From: Rhizaria sp. SCN 62-66
Lineage: Eukaryota
Assembly (NCBI GenBank): GCA_001724265.1
Contig: MEDY01000704.1
Span: 1-43,239 of the forward strand
Length of the DNA stretch: 43,239 nucleotides
Direction: 5' to 3'
In this document: positions 19,367-27,098 of the stretch, piece after piece
Numbering within the stretch: position 1 is the stretch's first letter
Layout: each line of letters starts with the position of its first letter
Program-made: the position numbers and the translations under genes
The notes under the pieces: model-generated
The model's database searches: none
Seen by the model: only the letters and a program-made list of their open reading frames with translations
What the model was told of the DNA's origin: nothing

Positions 19367-20503
19367 TACTCTTTTTGTCCTGGCACGCAGCGGGCACTTT
19401 ATTTTTTTGCGCGCACGGATGGCGTGCGCATGATCGACTGCGACGGAGCTTGATGCGTGATTCGTTGATGTCATTTTTGCAAGACTAAACGGCTCGTACC
19501 GAATGGGAGTTGTATGACCCGGAAGACGCGCCTGGGCCTTGTGATGAGGCTGCAGACGATAACGCCGAATAAATTCAAGTCTCAACGTCTCTAAAGACGT
19601 GTCCAAGGCCTCGATTGCAAGAGGTGGGGGAGTTCCTGCCGGAGCCAGTGCGTCACTTCGAACCGCTCGAGCTTAATGAGCTTGAAGAGCAGGGTTAGGA
19701 GGCATATAACGGTTTTAGTGGGTTATAGATCCCCACACTGTTCCAGTCTCCCCAAGAGCCTCATTCGCGTCATTCGCACGTTTCGCCACAATGGGTTCGC
19801 GATATGTATTAATAGTATGGCGGGGTTTCCGGTGTTAGGTCTCCTTCGGCAGGGATTGCGACATAAAATAGCATCTTCACAAAGTATTACAAAGGGTTAA
19901 AGTACAAGAGCAGGTATGAGTTATCATATCAAAAGATTGAATACTTTGACCATTATTTTGTTTAGATCTACAGTATTTTAGGAAGGCCATCCAGGGATCT
20001 CACATTGGTGAACGGCGGAGTAACCATGGTTAAGTATTGAAAACATGCCGCGCCACTTGCTCAGTTCGCGCGAACCGTTGTTCCTCCCACTCGATTTCTT
20101 TGACTTCACCGCCTGACTGCGCTTCGCTGCTCGCAGCGCCAAACAAAAACTGCGCGAACGTACTCGTATTGCTGAGCTTGCCGAAGCCAACGCTCGAAAA
20201 GCTCGTAGACTCGAGGCGCTCATTAAACAACCCCACCAATGAACCACATTGCACAATGTTCAGCGGCTTCAGCAAGCGCGAGCTTTTCGAACGATGTCGT
20301 TGAGTTGCGTGACCATCACTGCCCCGCCAACGACACGACCGTCCATCGAGAAAAATTTACGTGTTTATTAAAAATAGTCCCTCTGAACACACAACACTGG
20401 TCGAATGTGCTGCTGACGCGCGTTGAGTGGCGGAGCATGGAGGGTGAAAAATAAAAGCTGCACCCCGGGTTGGAGCAGCGCGTGGACAGACAAAAAAAAA
20501 ATA

Positions 20504-20586
20504 TCCGTCAGGAGTGAATCGAACACCCAACCCGTCGATTTCTATAACTACTACAGTCGACTGCTATACCATTTAGCTACTAACGG
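20504..20586 (-). tRNA. tRNA-Tyr (GTA) with 11-nt intron, copy 1
   Basis: Reverse complement of 21255-21337. C1-G72 and A73 Tyr identity elements, intron TAGTTATAGAA after position 37, long T-run downstream. Confidence 0.95.
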
Positions 20587-21254
20587 AGAAACCAACTCAT
20601 TTTTGGGAACTGATGGTCCGCGAAATAAAATTTTTGATATAATTCTTTGAATGCAATCGCATCAAAAACGCTACAGTAAGATCAAGCACATCATTAAGTG
20701 GGTGACAGTGGGGAATGTTCAAATATACTGGGAAAAAAAATATCTTAAAGGTATCTGGGGATTGATATATACTAATAAATTCGCTAACATGTGTATACGT
20801 GTCTGAATCCCACTTCATTGGGATTGAGCACTGTTGACCCATACTAGTAACTTCTCTATTTCAATGACGATACTTACTATACTAGTACTATTGGGTCTCA
20901 AGTATTGACAATTCTGAAAGGCGCATCAGAGCTCCTCTGACATGATAAATCAGAAACTGGACTGACATGCTCATCATGCCAGACTTCATCGAGAAAGACT
21001 TGATCTGCATCTTGGAGCTCACCCGTGGGCTGTACTAGTATTCAGTAGTACTAGACTAGTGTAACTACTATTAACCCTCGTGTTAAACGCATTTGTGCAT
21101 GGGAACGTTCAGTTGACAAATTTAATTAGCGCCATGCAGTATTGGAATTCTGAAAATGTGGCCAGGTTACAAGGAGATTTCCTGCTGTGCCAGTATAAGA
21201 ATATAAAATTTTTCATTTACTGCACGTGAAGTCACATGTGTATTCTCATTTTCA

Positions 21255-21337
21255 CCGTTAGTAGCTAAATGGTATAGCAGTCGACTGTAGTAGTTATAGA
21301 AATCGACGGGTTGGGTGTTCGATTCACTCCTGACGGA
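21255..21337 (+). tRNA. tRNA-Tyr (GTA) with 11-nt intron (21291-21301), copy 2
   Basis: CCGTTAG/CTGACGG acceptor, GCTA/TAGC D-stem, GTCGA-CTGTAG[TAGTTATAGAA]A-TCGAC anticodon arm, GGGTG-TTCGATT-CACTC T-arm. TATTCTTTTTT downstream. Confidence 0.95.
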
Positions 21338-21424
21338 TATTCTTTTTTCGCACAGCCTTAATTTTTGGTTCAACGCGCCATGCAGATCCCCATCCATCCG
21401 TTCAACGGCAGTACTTTGTACAAA

Positions 21425-21460
21425 TACATGTAGTACTTAGTACTAGTACGAGTACGCGTA
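21425..21460. repeat. TA-punctuated array TA-CATG-TA-G-TA-CTTAG-TA-CTAG-TA-CGAG-TA-CGCG-TA
   Basis: Read directly from the sequence. Confidence 0.8.
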
Positions 21461-21698
21461 CTCAGAATGTTTTGTGTTCTTTTTTTCGACAAGAACTCGG
21501 ACGAACAGAGGCATTTACTAGTATTAATACTGTACGCAACAGTGTCACGTCGCCAAGGCACGGCAGCAACATTCAGTGAGGCCACAGCGCCAAACCTGTT
21601 GTACGGTTGTGTGTACTGTTGTGTGTACTAGTACTAGTAGTAGAGCCTGTGCGCTAACGTGTTGTCGAAGCAACATGCAGAGCAAGCTCGTCACAGCA

Positions 21699-21744
21699 TA
21701 CTTAGTACTTAGTAGTACTAGTACTAGTACTAGTAATACTAGTA
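21699..21744. repeat. (TACTAG)n-type palindromic tandem array
   Basis: TACTTAGTACTTAGTAGTACTAGTACTAGTACTAGTAATACTAGTA. A shorter array is at 21626-21642. Confidence 0.85.
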
Positions 21745-21874
21745 TTATCAATGATCGGTTTAAAAAAACTCGATTAGCACGTGGTAGTCTTTACTTACTG
21801 TCTTCTGCCTGCTTAGCCTTGGCTTTGTCAATTGCGGCTGACACCAGCTGCAAGTGCTTGTGCAGCGACAGGCT

Positions 21875-22187
21875 CTACTCGTTGAAAATATCATCCCCTG
21901 CAGCTGCCTTAGCAATGAACTTCTGGCTGTGCTGATAGAAGTTGACAAAATGTCATTTTTGAGCTCTTCGATAATGAAGCGCAGCGCCGCAGCGCCCTCA
22001 ATGACCTCTTGACATGTAGGCGGTGACGAATCGCGTTAAAAACGGGCTCATTGGGGTTGAAAGCAGGGGCATACGGTGGGAGGTACTTCCACTGAATATT
22101 ATTTTGCTTCATCACCTTGGTCACCTCTCGTACGAGGGCCGTCTTGTGAAAAGCTACGTTGTCCACCCAAGAAGGCTCATGACGCAA
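21875..22187 (-). pseudogene. Decayed IS630/Tc1-mariner superfamily transposase, C-terminal DDE fragment
   Basis: VDNVAFHK...WKYLPPYAPAFNPNE matches the DN-x3-H...LPPYSPDLNPIE signature of IS630/Tc1 (DDE_3) transposases. After frameshifts it continues as FVNFYQHSQKFIAKAAAGDDIFNE* (stop 21875-21877). No N-terminal HTH region or TIRs found. Confidence 0.85.
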
Positions 22188-22554
22188 GCCACTTATCTAT
22201 TAATCCAAGGTCACGGCATTATGTGTGAGCATGCGATCTACACAGATTTGATGGCGTTTAGCTTGTGAGACAGCGTGCAATGATCACTCACAACAAAGAT
22301 GTGAGGCTTGAGTAATCTGCTTTGCTGGACGTGCTGTCTGTTACTGTACGAATACTTACGGTGGGAAGAAGAGTAACGCGCGAGTGACGCGACGGTATTA
22401 GTAACGAGTGACAAGTGGTACTAGTATTGTTATTAAGCTTATAAGTGATACATGCCCGTTGGTGGCAATGCGGTCGCCGCGACGAAGCTGACGGGACCAA
22501 AAAAGGAGCGCGCCCGAGTGTAGAGAAGCGCCCAAACTAACAAAAAAAAGAATA

Positions 22555-22637
22555 TCCGTCAGGAGTGAATCGAACACCCAACCCGTCGATTTCTATAACT
22601 ACTACAGTCGACTGCTATACCATTTAGCTACTAACGG
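22555..22637 (-). tRNA. tRNA-Tyr (GTA) with 11-nt intron, copy 3
   Basis: Reverse complement of 21255-21337, with the same TATTCTTTTTT 3' flank. Confidence 0.95.
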
Positions 22638-22837
22638 TATTTGAAGTGAAATATACTTGCAAATTACGATGATTATGTGGAAAAAACCTAAATTTCAGCT
22701 ATTAGACTCATCATTCAGATATGTATTATTAGTCAGTACGAGGACATGTACACTTACTGTATAATAGTAGTTCTTCAATAGTATATTAATACTTGTGACA
22801 CCCATAACCCCATCACAATTACACCGCGGTTTCTTCG

Positions 22838-23172
22838 TGTTACAATCGACATTCTGCATAAAATCTCCTTCGGACAGCAAACCATTGTGAAAATCGCCAC
22901 CAAACAATCATGGCCGCCGTAATACTAGTACCAGTATAAAGGTGGTGTTTTCCTGTGTAATATTACACAGATTTCTCTTTTCTGTGAAAATAACAATAAC
23001 AATTCATAATATCAGAGACTCAGTAAATAATTCGAATTATGTACGTACTTGGTTCTTATTGTTTTCATAGAAAAAGAGAGTCTGTCAGTGTTCACACAAT
23101 GAACACCACTTTTATATCGCGGCCGGAAATTGTTGTGTGAAGGAGATTTTATGCAGAATGTCGGCTGTAACA
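22838..23172. mobile_element. 335-bp palindromic MITE-like element, subfamily B, TGT...ACA ends, 5-bp TSD CTTCG
   Basis: TGTTACAATCGACATTCTGCATAAAATCTCCTTC vs reverse complement of right end TGTTACAGCCGACATTCTGCATAAAATCTCCTTC. CTTCG at 22833-22837 and 23173-23177. Arms stay complementary inward to the central ATAATTCGAATTAT (23027-23040). Confidence 0.92.
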
Positions 23173-23661
23173 CTTCGCCTCGCGCTGGTGGTTCTACTAG
23201 TACTTTGATTCTGATAAAATTTGGACGAGTTTCACAGTTTCCCAGGTCACTCTCTCAAGGCAAGCCATGTCGACGACTAAGGCGCGGACCTGTACGTACA
23301 TCATGCGGTGGCCTATCTGTGTAAGCTTACCTACATAAAAAGCAATGTATTAATATTTAAATTTTATGTCATAATGTCCATCAAATCGCCATGTAAACCA
23401 ACTATGAACCTGTCTAAATTGATGAAATATGAATAAATTTAAACTGTGTCACTCAAACTTCATTGGCGGTGACGACGTGATTTCGCGTTTAAAACAGGAT
23501 TTTGTATTGAAATGTGCACACACATGGATAGTTGCATAGGTTGAATTAAGAATTGAGTGTAGTACGAATTTAGCTTAGGTTCTCGCGATATGTTAGTTCC
23601 AAATGCATCTCATTTGGTTACTCTGCTGATTACAGGTTCACTTAATATTACGTACACCCAC

Positions 23662-26106
23662 TTATGCGTTAGTGGAAGCAGCAAGCGCGGCGGCGTTCTC
23701 GGTGTAGATCTCGCGCATCTCCTTGGCGGCCTGGACCATGCGTGCAAGAGCGGGCTCAACCTCGGCCCACTGGCGCGTCTTGAGACCGCAGTCAGGGTTG
23801 GCCCAGATGAGCTCAGGACCAAGCTCGCGTGCGGCGCGCTCCAGAATGGCGCGCATAGCAGCAACGGTGGGCACGTTGGGCGAGTGGATATCGTACACGC
23901 CGGGGCCGATGTGGTTGGGGTAGTGGAAGGTCTCGAAGGCCTCGAGCAGCTCGCCCTGCGAGCGAGACGTCTCGATCGTGATCACGTCGGCGTCGAGCGC
24001 AGCAATAGCTTCGATGATGTCGTTGAACTCGGAGTAGCACATGTGGGTGTGGATCTGGGTCTCGTCGCGGACACCAGCAGCGGCAACGCGGAAGGCGCGC
24101 ACAGCCCACTTCAGGTAGGCCGCACGGTCCGCAGCACGCAGAGGCAGGCCCTCGCGCAGAGTGGGCTCGTCGATCTGGATCACGCTGATCTTGGCGGCCT
24201 CAAGGTCGACGACCTCGTCGCGGACGGCAAGCGCAATCTGCAGGGCCGTCGCGCTACGGGGCTGGTCGTCACGGACAAAGGACCAGGACAAGATGGTGAG
24301 CGGACCTGTGAGCATGCCCTTGACAGGCTTGGTGCTACGGGACTGCGCGTAGCGCGCCCACTCGACGGTCATCGGTGCAGGGCGCGAGACGTCGCCAAAG
24401 ATCACGGGCGGCTTAACGCAGCGGGAGCCGTAGGACTGCACCCAGCCCTGCTGCGTAAAGAGGAAACCGCTGAGAAGCTCACCAAAGTACTCAACCATGT
24501 CGTTGCGCTCGGGCTCGCCGTGAACAAGCACGTCAATACCGGCCTTCTCCTGGCGTGCAATCGCGTCGTCAATCTCGGCGCGCATGCGCGCGTTGTATTC
24601 CTCGGCGCTAAGCGTGCCACGCTTGGCCTGGAGACGCGCGGCGCGGATGGCGGGCGTCTGAGGGAAAGAGCCGATCGTAGTGGTGGGGAAGAGCGGCAGC
24701 TTGAGCACAGCCTGCTGCTTGCGGATGCGCTCGGGGAACGCCGACGCGCGGTTGGCCATAGCCTCAGTTACAGCCGCGGCGCGGGCCTGGACAGCCGCGC
24801 TGTGGATGCGGGGGGACGTCGCGCGGGAGGTGACGGCGGCGGTGCTGGCGGCAATCGCGGCAACGACGGCGGCGTCCTCGGGGCGCGTAATGGTGTCGCG
24901 GAGGAGAGCAACCTCTTCGAGCTTCTGGCGCGCAAACGCGAGCCAGGGGCGCGCCTCAGTGTCGAGCGCGGTCTCGCGGCCGAGGTCAACAGGCGAGTGA
25001 AGCAGCGAGCACGAAGGAGCAACCCACACGCGCGCAGCGCCGAGCTTGGCCACGGCAGCGGCAAGGACCTTGCTCGCGGCGGCGGTGTCGTTGCGCCAGA
25101 TGTTGCGGCCGTCGACGAGACCAAGGGAGAGAATCTTGTCGGTCTGCGCGGCGAACGCGGCGACGACGGAGTCGACCTCGGCAGCGCCACGCACGGCGTC
25201 AAAGTGCACGCCGGCGACGGGCAGCGCGGCAACGAGCTCGAGGTTCTCACGAAGCTCACCAAAGTAGGTAGCCAGAAGCACGCGCGCGTTGGTCGCGGCG
25301 GCAGCGGCAACAATGCGCTCGTAGGTGGGCTTGTAGGCAGCGCGCCAGGCCTCTGGGAGGTCAAGCACGAGAGCGGGCTCGTCGACCTGGATCCACTTGG
25401 CGCCAGCGGCAGCGAGCTCGCTGATCAGCGCCTCGTAGACGGGCAGCAGGCGCGGGAGCAGAGAGAGGCGGTCGAAAGCGGCGCCCTTCTCCTTGCCGAG
25501 CCAGAGGTAGGTGAGCGGGCCCACGACGACAGGCTTGGGCGCGAGGCCCTGCTTGACGGCCTCGGCGGTCTCAGCAACGATCTGGCGCCACGACAGCGCG
25601 AACTCCTGCGTGACGTGGAACTCGGGCACGATGTAGTGGTAGTTGGTGTCGAACCACTTGGTCATGTCACTTGCGGCAGTGGCGCGGCCGGTGGGCGCAC
25701 GGCCACGGGCGACGCGGAAGAGAGTATCCAGGTCGACGTCAGTGCACGGCGCAGCCTCAAACGAGTCGACGTCAGCGCTCGCGCTCTCGCAGCCGGTGCA
25801 GGCCTCGGCCTCGGCAGCGGGCTTCTCAGCGGTGGCGGAGTCGACGGTCTTGCGGTGGCGAAGGGGGATGGCGCCGACAGTGGCGGACATGGTCAGAACC
25901 TGGTCGTACCAGGCGAAGTCACCGGTGGGGACAAAGTCGTGGCCGGCGGTCTTCTGCCACTGCCAATGGCGGGCGCGCAGAGTGGCACCGACCTCATCGA
26001 GCGCGGCAGCGGTGATTTCGCCCTTCCAGTAGGCCTCCTGCGCCTTCTTGAGCTCGCGGTCGCCGCCGATACGGGGGAAACCGAGTGCGTGAGCAGTGAC
26101 GGACAT
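23662..26106 (-). CDS. metE: Cobalamin-independent methionine synthase (5-methyltetrahydropteroyltriglutamate--homocysteine methyltransferase), 814 aa
   Basis: LGFPRIG..RELKKA N-terminus, MTKWFDTNYHY, TTTIGSFPQ, HGEPERNDMV, WVQSYGSRCVKPP, and Zn ligands in HMCYSEF, ITIETSRS and NPDCGLKTR. Uninterrupted ORF. Confidence 0.98.
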   Translation of the reverse strand: MSVTAHALGFPRIGGDRELKKAQEAYWKGEITAAALDEVGATLRARHWQWQKTAGHDFVPTGDFAWYDQVLTMSATVGAIPLRHRKTVDSATAEKPAAEAEACTGCESASADVDSFEAAPCTDVDLDTLFRVARGRAPTGRATAASDMTKWFDTNYHYIVPEFHVTQEFALSWRQIVAETAEAVKQGLAPKPVVVGPLTYLWLGKEKGAAFDRLSLLPRLLPVYEALISELAAAGAKWIQVDEPALVLDLPEAWRAAYKPTYERIVAAAAATNARVLLATYFGELRENLELVAALPVAGVHFDAVRGAAEVDSVVAAFAAQTDKILSLGLVDGRNIWRNDTAAASKVLAAAVAKLGAARVWVAPSCSLLHSPVDLGRETALDTEARPWLAFARQKLEEVALLRDTITRPEDAAVVAAIAASTAAVTSRATSPRIHSAAVQARAAAVTEAMANRASAFPERIRKQQAVLKLPLFPTTTIGSFPQTPAIRAARLQAKRGTLSAEEYNARMRAEIDDAIARQEKAGIDVLVHGEPERNDMVEYFGELLSGFLFTQQGWVQSYGSRCVKPPVIFGDVSRPAPMTVEWARYAQSRSTKPVKGMLTGPLTILSWSFVRDDQPRSATALQIALAVRDEVVDLEAAKISVIQIDEPTLREGLPLRAADRAAYLKWAVRAFRVAAAGVRDETQIHTHMCYSEFNDIIEAIAALDADVITIETSRSQGELLEAFETFHYPNHIGPGVYDIHSPNVPTVAAMRAILERAARELGPELIWANPDCGLKTRQWAEVEPALARMVQAAKEMREIYTENAAALAASTNA

Positions 26107-26123
26107 AGGTTCGCGAGGTGGTG

Positions 26124-26655
26124 CTAGAGAGGATCAAAAGTAAGAGAAGACAAAGGAGTATTGGGGGCGACAGGTAGGTTGGCAGAATGGAAGACGAAAA
26201 AAACGAGGCAAAAGAGACGCGTATCAGGGAGCAAAACGTAACACAAAGGAAGAAGGAGACGCAAGAATAGTGTGGGAGTGTGAGAAAAGGGCGACATGTG
26301 GTTATAACGAAAAGATAAAGAGAGAACTAAGAGGACTAAGTTGGATATAGGAGATAGCGGGTGCCACGTGCAAGCTCGTCGCAAGGGTATGGTTGGATGC
26401 GATTATGTGAGAGTGAAGAATCCAGTCTAGAAACGAACGCAAACTGGAAAACAGAAAATAAACACGATAATAACAGAGCATTACAGTAATAATAACCAAA
26501 CCCCAATGAAATGCCAGAGCTTAATCACTGAAATCTTGTTTTGAAACGTTGAGACCCAACGGTGAGATGTGTCTGCAGAAAGTGCACCGTCGCTCGCAGC
26601 AGTGCCACAAACGCCACGGCCAGCCACGGTGCGCCAGTCGCTGACAGTCGCTCAC
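26124..26655 (-). other. Putative intron upstream of the metE ATG (acceptor better supported than donor)
   Basis: About 200 nt of pyrimidine-rich, AG-free sequence ends in TCCTCTAG, 17 nt before the ATG. A candidate donor G|GTGAGC at 26655 follows GCC-ATG-TTG-GCG-CGT-G (26668-26656), which would splice in frame with metE. Confidence 0.4.
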
Positions 26656-27098
26656 CACGCGCCAACATGGCCCAGCGGCGTTCCTGGGCGGGACGCGCAG
26701 ATATCTGCGGTTTCGCATAATAAGCATATCGATCACAAATATGACTTTATTATCCACGCATTTTTGTCTGCGGCAAATGCTATTAAAACGTTCGTTTCAG
26801 TGGCGGTAAAGTAAAAAACGTTTGATGGGCACGTCACCAAGAAAGTAAATAAACGTTATTTTGTGTATGATATATGAACAAGTAGTGTGAAGTAATAGTG
26901 AAAATACAGAATTTATCTGTCGTTCTTAATAACATATAATAGAAAACTTGCTTTTACGCTGCATATTCAAGCTAAATAGGTATTGATATCTTTCAACGGC
27001 AAAAATGCCATGGGCAGCATCAAACAAAAGACTTGAATTGGCGCATACACCGCGACAGCCGCGTAAGTCGCGCTCACACGCTCGCGCGCTTTCGCGAC

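Noticed and set aside
20045-20371. Plus-strand reading frame with two internal TGA codons (coiled-coil-like)
   Set aside because: No recognisable family and no evidence for Sec or readthrough; at best a decayed fragment.
19893-21078. AGGGTTAA (19893-19900) and TTAACCCT (21071-21078) resembling piggyBac ends or telomeric units
   Set aside because: They face outward rather than enclosing an element, similarity stops after about 8 nt, and there is no tandem telomeric array.
21129-21385. 11-bp direct repeat GCGCCATGCAG flanking tRNA-Tyr copy 2 (possible TSD)
   Set aside because: A match of this length at this distance is expected by chance in a 43-kb window, and there are no other insertion hallmarks.
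20423-21397. Two ORFs sharing ISVRSESNTQPVDFYNYYSRLLYHLATNGE
   Set aside because: Translations of the antisense strand of identical tRNA-Tyr genes, not paralogous proteins.
21425-21744. CRISPR-like interpretation of the short palindromic repeats
   Set aside because: Units are 4-7 bp with no unique spacers, there are no cas genes, and the context is eukaryotic.
22695-23324. Two ORFs sharing EGDFMQNV
   Set aside because: Translations of the two inverted arms of the MITE.
23590-26127. 845-aa plus-strand ORF
   Set aside because: Antisense mirror of metE produced by G/C-ending codon bias; no independent motifs.
26365-26630. CACGTG and GTGGC motifs upstream of metE resembling yeast Cbf1 and Met31/32 sites
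   Set aside because: Short motifs lacking the full consensus (TCACGTG, AAACTGTGG), in an organism with no evidence of those factors.
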